A stretch of DNA of 64,000 nucleotides from Candidatus Latescibacterota bacterium (GTDB lineage Bacteria; Latescibacterota; UBA2968): assembly GCA_965116885.1 (NCBI GenBank), contig OZ220741.1, positions 3,008,001 to 3,072,000 of the forward strand, read 5' to 3'. Positions 27,343 to 37,433 of the stretch are shown piece after piece (the stretch's first letter is position 1; each line of letters starts with the position of its first letter). The notes beneath the pieces are model-generated. The model searched no databases, was not told the origin of the DNA, and saw only the letters and a list, made by a program, of their open reading frames with translations. Both the position numbers and the translations under genes were made by a program.

Positions 27343-29310
27343 TTGTCCGATCTTTCAAAAAATCCAATTGTCCGAGTTATTTTTGCGATTATTCTTGCGG
27401 TGGTTCTGGTAAGCGTTTTGCCGGGGAACCGGGAGCGCGTTTTACACGAGCAACTGTTGACTGCGATTCCAAAATTGGCGGAGCAGTTCGGGGATTATCC
27501 GTGGATGCTGTCGCCAGATGCGGATTATATGTTGCAGAAGGCTTTTGCCGAAGCACAAGGACGTCGGCCTGATGCGGCTTCTGAGGGGGAAGGGATTGTA
27601 TTTCGCGGCGTGGCAATTTCCGAGGGTTATCACCTCGTTGCTGTGCGCGGTTCTGATGAACGGGGAGAAGTTTTGTCGCCTGTTACGGCGTGGAGTCTTT
27701 TTCCTCCGGTTGCTGCGATTCTGGTGGCTATTATCAGCGGGCGTCTTATTCTGGGGCTTTCGCTTTCTATTTTCGCGGGGGGCTTTCTCGCATCGCTGGG
27801 TGAACCCCTTTATTATTTGCCGGTTGTTGCGCTGCAAAAATCCCTGATTGGCTATGTTTGGACGCCTTTGGAAAGTTCGTTTCAGCTCTATATTCTCGCG
27901 TTTACTGCAGGGCTTATCGGTATGGTGCGCGTTACCACGCTTTCGGGTGGCAATCGCGGCATTGCCAATGTGCTCGCCCGGCGAGCCGAGGGCGCGCGTT
28001 CAACGCGGTTGGCGGCATTTTTTATGGGGCTTGCCATTTTTTTTGATGACTATGCCAATTCTATTGTGGTTGGCTCTACGTTGCGCCCGATAGCGGATCG
28101 ATTCAGGGTGTCGCGCGAAAAACTCGCGTATATTGTCGATTCGACCGCCGCCCCTATTGCGGGTATTGCGATTATCAGTACGTGGATTGGATACGAAGTT
28201 AGCCTTTTTCAGGATTTGATGACGGATCTCAAGACCGGGCTGTCGGGGTATCAGCTTTTTTTTAATGCTCTCCCTTTGCGTTTCTATTGTTTGCTCACGC
28301 TCACTTTTGTTCTGCTTTCGGCTTATCTTCGCCGCGATTACGGGCCTATGCTCGCCGCCGAACGCCGCGCACAAACAACGGGTCAGGTGATGCGCCCTGG
28401 CGCGACGCCAATGACCGGGCGCGCACAGGATGAAATTGGTCCTGTTGAGGGCGTCCGTCCCGTGTGGTGGGCGGCTGTTTTGCCCGTGCTTCTCGTTATT
28501 GTGTGCGTTATTGGGGGGATGGCTTTTGATACCTGGAATCACGAGAGGGTGCTGGCTGCACGGCGGGATTATGGTTTGATGAGTAGCGCGTTTTGGAGTG
28601 CGTGTTTTTCAAATGCCAATACTGCTCAGGTTCTTTTTATGGCGGCAATGCTGGGTTCCGCACTCGCGATTGCAATAGCTATTACGCGCAGGCATGGTGA
28701 AACAGGTGCGCGGATTATTTCTGTGGGGGATGCTGTCTCGACATGGGCGCGCGGTATTGTCGGTGTGTGGTATGCGATTGTTATTCTGATTCTCGCGTGG
28801 GCGATCAAAGAGGTCTGCGCGGATGCGGGTACGTCAACTTATCTCACCGCAGCACTTTCTCCGCTTATATCCCCGGGACTGCTGCCTTTGTTGATTTTTC
28901 TTCTCGCTGCACTTGTCGCCTTTTCTATTGGCACGTCCTGGACGACTATGGCGATTCTCATTCCTACAGTTGTTCCGCTGGCACATGCGTTGGGGGGGCT
29001 GCCACTAACTATCCTGGCAGCCGCGGCTGTGCTCGATGGGGCGATTTTTGGCGATCATTGCTCGCCTATTAGTGATACTACGGTGATGGCGAGTATCGCA
29101 TCGTCTTGTGACCACCTGGATCACGTTAAAACACAACTCCCCTACGCGCTAACGACGATGAGTGTCGCGGGCATTTTTGGCTATCTGGGGACGGCACTGA
29201 TTTATCCGGGTTGGGTTGGGCTTATTTTGGGACTGATCACTATTCCAATAATTCTTCTCGCTATAGGTAAAAATCCGGATGAGCCCGTCCCGTCTCCCAA
29301 TCGGCTTTAG
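27343..29310 (+). CDS. Na+/H+ antiporter NhaC-family transporter
   Basis: IFFDDY, REKLAYIVDSTAAP, GTSW, GAIFGDHCSPISDTT, DHVKTQLPYA; TTG 27343 follows AAGGAG. Confidence 0.9.
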   Translation: MSDLSKNPIVRVIFAIILAVVLVSVLPGNRERVLHEQLLTAIPKLAEQFGDYPWMLSPDADYMLQKAFAEAQGRRPDAASEGEGIVFRGVAISEGYHLVAVRGSDERGEVLSPVTAWSLFPPVAAILVAIISGRLILGLSLSIFAGGFLASLGEPLYYLPVVALQKSLIGYVWTPLESSFQLYILAFTAGLIGMVRVTTLSGGNRGIANVLARRAEGARSTRLAAFFMGLAIFFDDYANSIVVGSTLRPIADRFRVSREKLAYIVDSTAAPIAGIAIISTWIGYEVSLFQDLMTDLKTGLSGYQLFFNALPLRFYCLLTLTFVLLSAYLRRDYGPMLAAERRAQTTGQVMRPGATPMTGRAQDEIGPVEGVRPVWWAAVLPVLLVIVCVIGGMAFDTWNHERVLAARRDYGLMSSAFWSACFSNANTAQVLFMAAMLGSALAIAIAITRRHGETGARIISVGDAVSTWARGIVGVWYAIVILILAWAIKEVCADAGTSTYLTAALSPLISPGLLPLLIFLLAALVAFSIGTSWTTMAILIPTVVPLAHALGGLPLTILAAAAVLDGAIFGDHCSPISDTTVMASIASSCDHLDHVKTQLPYALTTMSVAGIFGYLGTALIYPGWVGLILGLITIPIILLAIGKNPDEPVPSPNRL

Positions 29311-29407
29311 CGTCTGCACTCTATTGTTTTCTTGACTTCTGTTTCTAAGTGATTCATGCATGCCCCTGTCGTATATTTTTTTGTTTGAGATTTCAACGGA
29401 GGTCGCT

Positions 29408-30358
29408 ATGACCATTCAGGAGCAGTTGCACTACGAGCAGGTGAATGATGAGTCGCTGAGTTTTTTCAAAGCGATTGGTGTTGACTATCTGACGATTAAT
29501 CCGTCGATGGATATGCGCGATGGCAAAGACCGCCGCGCGTACTGGGAAGAGACGCGGGATAGAGCTGCTGATCACGGCCTGATTTTGCGGAATGCCGCCA
29601 GCTATGGTTGGGATGAGTTTACTCTGGGTCTGGAAGATCGAGATGAAAAAATAGATGCCTGGTGTATGTTTATCCGCAATTTGGGAGAAGCGGGCATACC
29701 TACTTTGGGATACAATTTCAAGCCGATTGGCAATTTTCGCACAGAGTCGGCGACGGGGCGCGGCGGCGTCAAATACAGCACGTTTGATTACGACGAATGG
29801 GCGCGCGAGCGCGTGTATGTGCCCGACAAAGTAATTTCAGAAGCTGGCATGTGGGAAAATATCGAATACTTTTTGAAGCGCGTGATACCCGTGGCCGAAG
29901 AATACGGTGTGAGGATGGCATTGCATCCGGATGATCCACCCATTCCCGAACCGATGGGCGGGGCTGCTCGTATTGTATCGACGTTGGAGCAATATCACCG
30001 CATCTTTGACCTTGCTCCCAGCCCGTGCAATGCCATGCTATTTTGTCAGGGCTGCGTGGCTGAAATGGGCGAAGATGTTTGCGAAGCGATACGCGATATT
30101 GGCGGTCGGGACAAAATTGTGTACGTGCATTTTCGAGATATTCAGGGTTCGCCGAGAAGTTTTCGAGAGGTGTTTATCGATGAGGGACAAAACGATATGC
30201 ACAAGGCGATGCAAACCTATAAGGATGTGGGGTTTAATGGCCCGTTTATGATGGATCATACCCCCAGGTTCTGGCAATCGGGTACTGAGTGGGCAGGGCG
30301 CGCGTTTGCCGTGGGGTACATGCGTGCGTTGATTCAGGCGGTTTATCAGGAAAGGTGA
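29408..30358 (+). CDS. uxuA: Mannonate dehydratase-like protein
   Basis: YNF, PVAEEYGVRMALHPDDPP, VHFRD, MMDHTP, FAVGY. Confidence 0.8.
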   Translation: MTIQEQLHYEQVNDESLSFFKAIGVDYLTINPSMDMRDGKDRRAYWEETRDRAADHGLILRNAASYGWDEFTLGLEDRDEKIDAWCMFIRNLGEAGIPTLGYNFKPIGNFRTESATGRGGVKYSTFDYDEWARERVYVPDKVISEAGMWENIEYFLKRVIPVAEEYGVRMALHPDDPPIPEPMGGAARIVSTLEQYHRIFDLAPSPCNAMLFCQGCVAEMGEDVCEAIRDIGGRDKIVYVHFRDIQGSPRSFREVFIDEGQNDMHKAMQTYKDVGFNGPFMMDHTPRFWQSGTEWAGRAFAVGYMRALIQAVYQER

Positions 30359-30370
30359 AAGGAGAGCAAT

Positions 30371-31363
30371 ATGGGTAAGAAGCCGGCAAGTTCTCAGAAG
30401 GTCGTCAAGGTTGCCATGATCGGTGCGGGGGGGCGGTCGCGCAGTGTACACTATCCCTCGCTGAACGATATGGACGATGTCAAAATGGTGGCCGTGTGTG
30501 AGTTGAATGAAGTGCGTATGATCGAGGTGGCGGGGGAATACGATATTCCAGCGCGGTACACCAATTATGTGACGATGGTCGAACGGGAGAAACCCGATGT
30601 GGTTTATGCGATTATGCCACCGCATCACATATACGATTTGGCAGCAAATATTATGGAGATGGGTGTTAACATCATCATTGAAAAACCACCTTCAGTAACG
30701 ACTGAACAGGCCAAACAGATGGCGTTGTTGGCGAAAAAGAACAATGTGATTACAGGCGTGACATTCCAGAGGCGGTTTGCGCCAGTGATCCGCACGGGAA
30801 AAGAAATATGTGAAAAAAATGGGCCGGTGCACAGTGCGGCGTCGTATTTTTATAAAAACGAAGTGGGCGGGCAACCCATTTACAAGGGCGCGCTGGAAAA
30901 ACTGACTTGCGATGGTATTCACGCGGTGGATACGCTGCGATATTTGTGTGGTGGAGAGGTAGAAGCCGTGGCGAGCGATGTGCGGCGATTGGACGCTACG
31001 TTTAGAAATATGCACACTGCGCTGGTGAAGTTTTCGTCTGGCGCGACAGGTGTGCTACAAAATTGTTACATGATGGGACGTCGGATGTTCACGGTGGAGG
31101 TGCATTCGACGGGTATTTCGATGTTTGGCGATCCCGAAGAGGGCGGGCAGGTATTTGCCGATGGCAAAGTCGAACCCGTGCGCACGCTCGATCCCTGGAC
31201 GCTGAGCGAAAGCGAGAAGCCACATGTCGCTTTTGGGGCTTATGCCATTAATCGCCATTTTATCGATTGCGTGAAAACGGGCCAACAACCCGAAACAAAT
31301 TTTGAAGATGCGGCAAAATCTATGGAATTGGTCGATGCGATTTACGATTCGCAAATCGGATGA
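30371..31363 (+). CDS. Gfo/Idh/MocA family oxidoreductase
   Basis: IGAGG, IEKP, FQRRF, GIHAVD. Confidence 0.9.
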   Translation: MGKKPASSQKVVKVAMIGAGGRSRSVHYPSLNDMDDVKMVAVCELNEVRMIEVAGEYDIPARYTNYVTMVEREKPDVVYAIMPPHHIYDLAANIMEMGVNIIIEKPPSVTTEQAKQMALLAKKNNVITGVTFQRRFAPVIRTGKEICEKNGPVHSAASYFYKNEVGGQPIYKGALEKLTCDGIHAVDTLRYLCGGEVEAVASDVRRLDATFRNMHTALVKFSSGATGVLQNCYMMGRRMFTVEVHSTGISMFGDPEEGGQVFADGKVEPVRTLDPWTLSESEKPHVAFGAYAINRHFIDCVKTGQQPETNFEDAAKSMELVDAIYDSQIG

Positions 31364-31394
31364 GACGCGGCAGGAAGTGGTCGGCATAAATAAG

Positions 31395-31426
31395 AAAAGG
31401 CGGGATGTGATAGACCCCGCCTTTTT
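31395..31426. terminator. Probable bidirectional intrinsic terminator
   Basis: AAAAGGCGGG...CCCGCCTTTTT between convergent genes. Confidence 0.8.
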
Positions 31427-31446
31427 GTTGTGGATCCGGTTGGATT

Positions 31447-32046
31447 TTACAACAGGTGCCCATTTCCGCGCGTTCGGCGTTTTACTTCGCGCAGAGTGAC
31501 GAGTGACTTTTCGAGTGCATTGGACACGGTTTCGAGGCGTTCGTTGGGTGAGGTATTTTCCAGAAGTTCTTGCTGTTCGTCGAGGGATAAGGTGAGATTC
31601 GCTGCGAGGATGTATGAGAGTGTACCCAGTTCCATGGCGGGTATTGGGGGCGATATCCAGCCCGATGAGAGCTTCAGGGCTTCGGTATAGAGTTTTTTGG
31701 CGCGGTTCCCCAAAGCGATGTCAAAGGCTTCGTCATCGTCTTCTACGTCTTCCACAAAGCCCGATATATACGGATGGATATCGTATTGCTGGATGACGCG
31801 AAAGCGTCGCGTTCCTTCAATCATGATGTTCATTCGGCCGTCGGGAAAACGATTGAGCAGGCCGACAACACGCGCCGTGCATCCGATGTCGCTAAAATCA
31901 TCGTCCGTACCCCATACAAGACCAAATTCGGTATCGTTGTCGAGACACTCACCGATCATTTGCTTGTATCGCTCTTCGAAGATGTGCAAGGGTACACGCC
32001 GGTGTGGCAGCAGCACCAGATCGAGGGGAAAGAGGGGCAGTTCCAT
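31447..32046 (-). CDS. Stand-alone Lon N-terminal substrate-binding domain protein
   Basis: LPLFPL..VLLP, LHIFEERY, GR..I..EG.RRF, QQELLE. Confidence 0.88.
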   Translation of the reverse strand: MELPLFPLDLVLLPHRRVPLHIFEERYKQMIGECLDNDTEFGLVWGTDDDFSDIGCTARVVGLLNRFPDGRMNIMIEGTRRFRVIQQYDIHPYISGFVEDVEDDDEAFDIALGNRAKKLYTEALKLSSGWISPPIPAMELGTLSYILAANLTLSLDEQQELLENTSPNERLETVSNALEKSLVTLREVKRRTRGNGHLL

Positions 32047-32051
32047 TGGGG

Positions 32052-32951
32052 TCAGGAGGCGAGTTTTTGATCGCTGTTTAAGAGAATATCGAGCAGTTTT
32101 TGGGTGGCGATTGACAAACTGCGTCCTTTCCGAAAGAGGATGCCCAATGGACGCTCAAAATCACGATCTACAAAGTGAAGATATGTAAGGGTTTTGCGAG
32201 CGAGTTCTTGCTCAATGGAATTGAGTGGCAAAATCGAGATGCCAATATCGACTTCTACGGCGTGTTTGATAGGGGCTATGTGGTCGAGTTCCATGACGAT
32301 ATTGGGACGTATTTTGTATTTTTTTAAGAACTGATCAATGGCACGCCGAGTTGGGGTTTCGGGGGTGAAGAGGACCAGCGGAAATTTGTTGAGTTCTCGT
32401 GGCAAGAATGCGTTGCGAGAGGCCAATTCGTGATCGGGATGCATGGCCACGACCATCTTGTCCTGTGAAAAGGGTATCACATCTACATTGCGCTGGGTGC
32501 GGGGATATGGCACAATGCCCAAATCGACTTCGCCATTGGCAACATCGTCATAAATTTTATTTACCTGATCGTATTGGAGACGGAAATTAACCCGGGGATA
32601 GGCTTTGAGGTAGGTTTTGAGAAAGGGCGTGAGTTCGAGCATTCCCACGCTGTAAATAGATGCCAGACGAACAGTTCCCGAAACCACCCCTCCCAGAGCC
32701 TGGATGCGGTGTTCCATTTCTTCGTAGCGCCGGACAATGTCTCGGGCATAAGAGTAAAAAATTTCGCCTTCTGCTGTGAGTGTCAGACGTCTTTTTTCAA
32801 CGCGTTCGATGAGTTGTTTTCCCTGGCGTTTTTCAATGCTTTTGAGTTGCTGGCTTACCGCGGATTGAGTAACGGAATTGAGGACAGCTGTTTTGGAAAA
32901 ACTCTGCGTTTCAATTAAGTCACAGAAGACTTTCAGACTTGTAATCAGCAA
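32052..32951 (-). CDS. LysR-family transcriptional regulator
   Basis: SFSKTA...TQSAVSQQLKSIE HTH, LTAEG, DLGI. Confidence 0.93.
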   Translation of the reverse strand: MLITSLKVFCDLIETQSFSKTAVLNSVTQSAVSQQLKSIEKRQGKQLIERVEKRRLTLTAEGEIFYSYARDIVRRYEEMEHRIQALGGVVSGTVRLASIYSVGMLELTPFLKTYLKAYPRVNFRLQYDQVNKIYDDVANGEVDLGIVPYPRTQRNVDVIPFSQDKMVVAMHPDHELASRNAFLPRELNKFPLVLFTPETPTRRAIDQFLKKYKIRPNIVMELDHIAPIKHAVEVDIGISILPLNSIEQELARKTLTYLHFVDRDFERPLGILFRKGRSLSIATQKLLDILLNSDQKLAS

Positions 32952-33216
32952 GGGGCTTTCTCCTTTGTTAAAATTATAAGAGGATGTGAAATTATGAGGG
33001 GGTGTAAATTAGGGCGACAAATCTATAAGAAAAATGAAACTATGTCAATAGAAAAACTGGATTTGAAAAATAGTGTCCATTTTGAACAGCATAAAAAAAA
33101 ATCGGAGTACGATTTTGGTAAGGCCGATTGCCAAAACGCTAATTTTGGATTTGCCCTTGTAAAAAACTCCAGAACATCTTATACTTCAATTTGTTATCGC
33201 TATATGGAGATCACTT

Positions 33217-34086
33217 ATGAACTGGTTTAACAAGCTCAAATCTGGCATTCGGACGCTTGTGCGAAAGCGTATGCCCGAAAATATTTGGATTAAGTGCGAG
33301 CGATGTGAGCAAATAGTTTACCGAAAGAAACTCGAGCAAAATACAGGTATTTGCCCGCATTGCAAACATCACTTTCGCATATCCAGTGCCGATTATATCG
33401 CCGCTGTGCTCGATGCAGATTCGTTTGAAGAAATAGGCCGGGAAGTCAAATCGGCCGATCCCCTCGCATTTGTCGATCTACAACCCTACCCCGATCGGAT
33501 CAAGGAATATCGCAAACGTACCAATATGGATGCCGCTGTACTGGCAGGTGTGGGGAAGATCGATGGTGCGCCTGTGGGTATTGCCGTGCATGAATTTGGT
33601 TTTATGGGGGGGTCGCTCGGTTCGGCTGAAGGCGAGCGAATTTGTCGGGTGATTGATCGATGTATGCGCGATCAATTGCCGCTGATTATTGTGTGCCGGT
33701 CCGGCGGTGCGCGCATGCAAGAGAGTATTTTTTCGCTAATGCAAATGGCGAAAGTCAATGCCAGGTTGTCCCAATTTGCAGATGTGGGACTGTTGTTTAT
33801 TTCCGTTCTGATAGATCCCACAACAGCCGGTGTAAATGCCAGTTATGCGTCAATTGGCGATATCAATATCGCCGAGCCAAATGCGCTGATTGGGTTTACG
33901 GGATCGCGTATTACAGGGTCTTCTGTGAGTGCCTCCGAGATGGAAGCTCTGAGGCAAGCACAGCGCGCGGAGCAAGTGCTCGAACACGGTTTTGTCGATA
34001 TGATTGTTTCCCGAGATAAAATGAAAGCTACTCTGTCTCAGTTGATTGAGATGTTGAGTAAAAATCCCCCCGAGGTTAGTTCATGA
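33217..34086 (+). CDS. accD: Acetyl-CoA carboxylase carboxyltransferase beta subunit
   Basis: WIKC..C...CPHC Zn finger, FMGGSLG, SGGARMQE, LMQMAK, EPNALIGF. Confidence 0.95.
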   Translation: MNWFNKLKSGIRTLVRKRMPENIWIKCERCEQIVYRKKLEQNTGICPHCKHHFRISSADYIAAVLDADSFEEIGREVKSADPLAFVDLQPYPDRIKEYRKRTNMDAAVLAGVGKIDGAPVGIAVHEFGFMGGSLGSAEGERICRVIDRCMRDQLPLIIVCRSGGARMQESIFSLMQMAKVNARLSQFADVGLLFISVLIDPTTAGVNASYASIGDINIAEPNALIGFTGSRITGSSVSASEMEALRQAQRAEQVLEHGFVDMIVSRDKMKATLSQLIEMLSKNPPEVSS

Positions 34087-34535
34087 AGATTCTCGTTTTA
34101 CAAGGTCCCAATATTAACATGCTGGGACGGCGCAAAGCAGAGCATTACGGTACTGTGACAATGGACGAGATTCACAGGCATCTCGAACAAAAGGCGGATG
34201 AGTTGGCGTGCGAAATTGTGTGTTTTCAGTCGAATTACGAGGGGGCACTCGTCTCAAAAGTGCAGGAACTGCGCGATTCTGCAGATGGTATTCTTATAAA
34301 TCCCGCAGGACTGACTACAACGAGTGTATCGCTACGGGATGCGCTTGAAGACGCGGGTTTACCACTGGTCGAAATTCATCTGTCCAATATCCACGCGCGA
34401 GAAGCCTGGCGGCGGCATTCTCTGTTTTCTGAAATTGCGGTGGGCATTATTGCCGGATTCAGGTGGCGCGGCTATGTGTCGGCACTTGATATGCTGGTTG
34501 GCATGTTGCGAGATGAAGAGAGAAGTGTGAAGTGA
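34083..34535 (+). CDS. aroQ: Type II 3-dehydroquinate dehydratase
   Basis: GPNINMLGRR..HYG, FQSNYEG, INPAG, EIHLSNIHARE. Confidence 0.95.
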   Translation: MKILVLQGPNINMLGRRKAEHYGTVTMDEIHRHLEQKADELACEIVCFQSNYEGALVSKVQELRDSADGILINPAGLTTTSVSLRDALEDAGLPLVEIHLSNIHAREAWRRHSLFSEIAVGIIAGFRWRGYVSALDMLVGMLRDEERSVK

Positions 34536-34643
34536 GAAGTCCTTCCATCCTGCCCTAAAACTGGTATATCATCCTACCTTTCGATTCACCCTTCCTACTT
34601 CACCGGGAACTGGTCTGCGACCAGTTGTACCCCGTTTCCTACT

Positions 34644-35369
34644 TCATTTGTAAAGGTCAAATGTCTCTATAAATTGGGCAATAGATTCTGGCACGAGATC
34701 TGTGATGGAATCTCCTGATCGGATGCGTTTGCGTACCTCAGTAGAGGAGATATTGCCAAAGGATGGGGGTAGTTGAAGAGGGTGTACGCGGTTTGCAAAA
34801 GGCGCGCATTCGGGACGAGCCATAAATCTGTGAAAGACTTCCCGAGAAGAATTTTCGCGATTGGCAGATACAATATGGCAAAGTGAAAACAGTACTTTGA
34901 GTTCAGCGGACATGTCGGTGTAATATCGCGGATCAAAGATGCGTATCAAGGTGTCGTGCCCGACGAGAAAGTAGATTTGGGTATCGGGTGGAATATGTGC
35001 TCTGAGTGCGTGCGCTTTGTCAATAAAGCGGGCATGGCTACATGCTGCAATTGACAGGCAGGTGCCCAGTTGGGTGTCACAATTTGCGTAATTGACCATC
35101 ATGGCGAGACGTTGGCCTAAATCTGCACCAAAGAGGGCTTTATCGACATTGGTTTTGGCGAGGAGGAGGACGATTTCGTCAAAGTTAAAAGCATTTTGTG
35201 CATGGTGTACAAGTGCTTCGTGGGCGAGGGTGAGCGGGTTGAAGGATGCGTCGAGTACCCCGATATGTTTGGGTTGTGGAGGTGCGGCTCGATGTACAAA
35301 TTGCACCACAGGGGTATTTTGGGGATCGAGGCTATCCATGAGGATGCGGTAGTTTTCAAGGGTGTTCAT
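34644..35369 (-). CDS. Nicotinate/nicotinamide-nucleotide adenylyltransferase-like (HxGH-type) nucleotidyltransferase
   Basis: DASFNPLTLAH, FLVGHDT..RIFDPRYY, ISSTEVR. Confidence 0.8.
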   Translation of the reverse strand: MNTLENYRILMDSLDPQNTPVVQFVHRAAPPQPKHIGVLDASFNPLTLAHEALVHHAQNAFNFDEIVLLLAKTNVDKALFGADLGQRLAMMVNYANCDTQLGTCLSIAACSHARFIDKAHALRAHIPPDTQIYFLVGHDTLIRIFDPRYYTDMSAELKVLFSLCHIVSANRENSSREVFHRFMARPECAPFANRVHPLQLPPSFGNISSTEVRKRIRSGDSITDLVPESIAQFIETFDLYK

Positions 35370-35461
35370 GATGGGAAAAATTTATGTTAGAGACTGGTGT
35401 GGAGCAAGGAAAAATAACGATTAGCCCAGCCACCTCTATCGAAGTGCGTGAGGATATTAAA

Positions 35462-36214
35462 ATGATTTACCGATTGTTTTTAATGGCATTTGTCATCCTG
35501 TTTGCCTATCCCGTTGTGCCGTTGGCATCTGAGCAGGATGTGGAAACTATTGTAAAAAAAATTGACGCGCTCTATCGCAGCAATACCAGCGTGGCTGATA
35601 TGGAGATGCAAATTGTTACGCCGCACTGGGAACGCACACTGTCGTTGAGGGTGTGGACAAAGGGGATGGATAAGACTTTCATACGCATTGACGCGCCCAA
35701 AAAGGAAAAGGGCGTTACAACGCTGCGCATCGGCAACGAGATGTGGAATTATCTTCCAAAGACCAACAAGGTGATAAAAGTGCCGCCATCGATGATGATG
35801 GGGTCGTGGATGGGGTCGGATTTTACAAATGATGACCTCGTCAAAGAGTCGTCAATGCTCAACGATTATATCTACGATTTGATTGTGCCAGATGACGCAC
35901 AACCGGGGCATCTTTACATCCAGTTCATTCCAAAGGAAGATTCTCCAATTGTTTGGGGCAAGCTCATTACGGCTGTGCGGGCAGATGGTCTGATTCCGGT
36001 GTGGCAACATTTCTACGATGAGAAGGGCAAGTTGATGCGGGTTTTGAATTTCAAGGAGATTGTGTCATTCGGCGGCAAGACGATTCCATCCGTGATGGAG
36101 ATGGTGCCGCAGAACAAGGACAGGCACAAAACGGTTATGCGTTATCTCAGGGCCGAGTTTGATGTGCAGATAGATGACGATGTATTCACGCGGCGCAATC
36201 TTCAGAGGAAATGA
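35462..36214 (+). CDS. Outer-membrane lipoprotein-sorting (LolA-like) protein
   Basis: Signal peptide; APKKEKG, MWNYLP, WMGSDFTNDD, FTRRNL; first gene of an ABC operon. Confidence 0.8.
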   Translation: MIYRLFLMAFVILFAYPVVPLASEQDVETIVKKIDALYRSNTSVADMEMQIVTPHWERTLSLRVWTKGMDKTFIRIDAPKKEKGVTTLRIGNEMWNYLPKTNKVIKVPPSMMMGSWMGSDFTNDDLVKESSMLNDYIYDLIVPDDAQPGHLYIQFIPKEDSPIVWGKLITAVRADGLIPVWQHFYDEKGKLMRVLNFKEIVSFGGKTIPSVMEMVPQNKDRHKTVMRYLRAEFDVQIDDDVFTRRNLQRK

Positions 36215-37428
36215 CGATGCTCAAAATAGCATTTCGCAATATCTTTCGTCAAAGACGGCGCACTGTGTTGACTGCGCTTGCAATGATCGTGGGGTTCACG
36301 CTTTCGTCGGTTTTTATTGGCTGGTCAGATGGCGCGTATTCAGATATTATTTCAATGTTCACGCGGAATCGCATCGGGCATATTCAAGTGCATCGCCTGG
36401 GCTATCTCGACAAGCCGTCACTTTACGATGTGATCGACAGTTATGAATCCATTGGCGAGAAGATTGCCGGTGTTGAGGGTGTTGAGGCGTGGACGCCGCG
36501 CATCTATTCAGCGGGACTCGGTTCGGTGGGCGATAAGACAATGGGGGTGCAAATCATCGGCGTCGATGTGGGGCGTGAGGTGAAAGCCACGCGGTTTGAT
36601 CAGAAGATCACCAGTGGGGCGATGTTTTCAAATACCGCCGCGCGCGAAGCGATTCTCGGCGTTGGGTTGGCGCGCATCCTGAAGGCGGATGTTGGCCGCG
36701 AAATTGTGCTCGTCACACAGGGCACGGACGGTGCTATCGCCAATGATTTGTACACGATTATCGGCATTGCAGAAAGCGGCGACAAAGCGACTGATCGGAT
36801 GGCATGCTATCTCCATATCGATGACGCGCAGGACTTGCTCGTGCTCGACGGGCGCGTTCATGAAATCGCCGTGATCGCCGAAGCATTGGATCACGTCCCC
36901 AAAATCACCGCTGCGATTGAGGCGCAGATCAATGATACAACGCTTCAGGTGTCGCCGTGGCAGGTCGTCGCAAAATCATTTTATCGCGCGATGCAGGCCG
37001 ATAGACAGGGCGATCTTATCGGACGCATGATTATTATGCTGATTGTCGCCATTGGCGTGCTGAATACGGTGCTGATGTCGGTGCTGGAGCGCACGCGAGA
37101 ATACGGCGTGTTGAAAGCGATGGGAACAAAGCCGAGTCAGATCTTCGGAGTGGTGGTGGCTGAGGTGACGTTCATCGCGCTTGGCAGCATTTTTATTGGT
37201 GCATTGTTCGGTGCGAGTCTTAACTATTTGCTGTCGATCTACGGCATTTCACTGCCGCAAGAGTTCTCCTATGGCGGTATTGTGTTTCAGACGATGTACG
37301 CCGCAGTTACGGTGCGAAGCCTTGCAATTCCCGCAGTTACGGTCCTTGTCTCGGCAATTTTTGTCAGCCTGTTTCCCGCGCTGAGAGCAGCGCGAATTGC
37401 CCCAGCCAGCGCAATGAGAACGCATTAG
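36211..37428 (+). CDS. ABC transporter permease (LolE/FtsX-like)
   Basis: AFRNIFRQRRR, NTVLMSVLERTREYGVLKAMG, PALRAA. Confidence 0.92.
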   Translation: MTMLKIAFRNIFRQRRRTVLTALAMIVGFTLSSVFIGWSDGAYSDIISMFTRNRIGHIQVHRLGYLDKPSLYDVIDSYESIGEKIAGVEGVEAWTPRIYSAGLGSVGDKTMGVQIIGVDVGREVKATRFDQKITSGAMFSNTAAREAILGVGLARILKADVGREIVLVTQGTDGAIANDLYTIIGIAESGDKATDRMACYLHIDDAQDLLVLDGRVHEIAVIAEALDHVPKITAAIEAQINDTTLQVSPWQVVAKSFYRAMQADRQGDLIGRMIIMLIVAIGVLNTVLMSVLERTREYGVLKAMGTKPSQIFGVVVAEVTFIALGSIFIGALFGASLNYLLSIYGISLPQEFSYGGIVFQTMYAAVTVRSLAIPAVTVLVSAIFVSLFPALRAARIAPASAMRTH

Positions 37429-37433
37429 GAACT

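Noticed and set aside
34536..34643. ncRNA between aroQ and the NadD-like gene (AACTGGTC/GACCAGTT hairpin, TCCTAC repeats)
   Set aside because: A short stem and brief repeats between convergent genes are explained adequately as a terminator or stability element.
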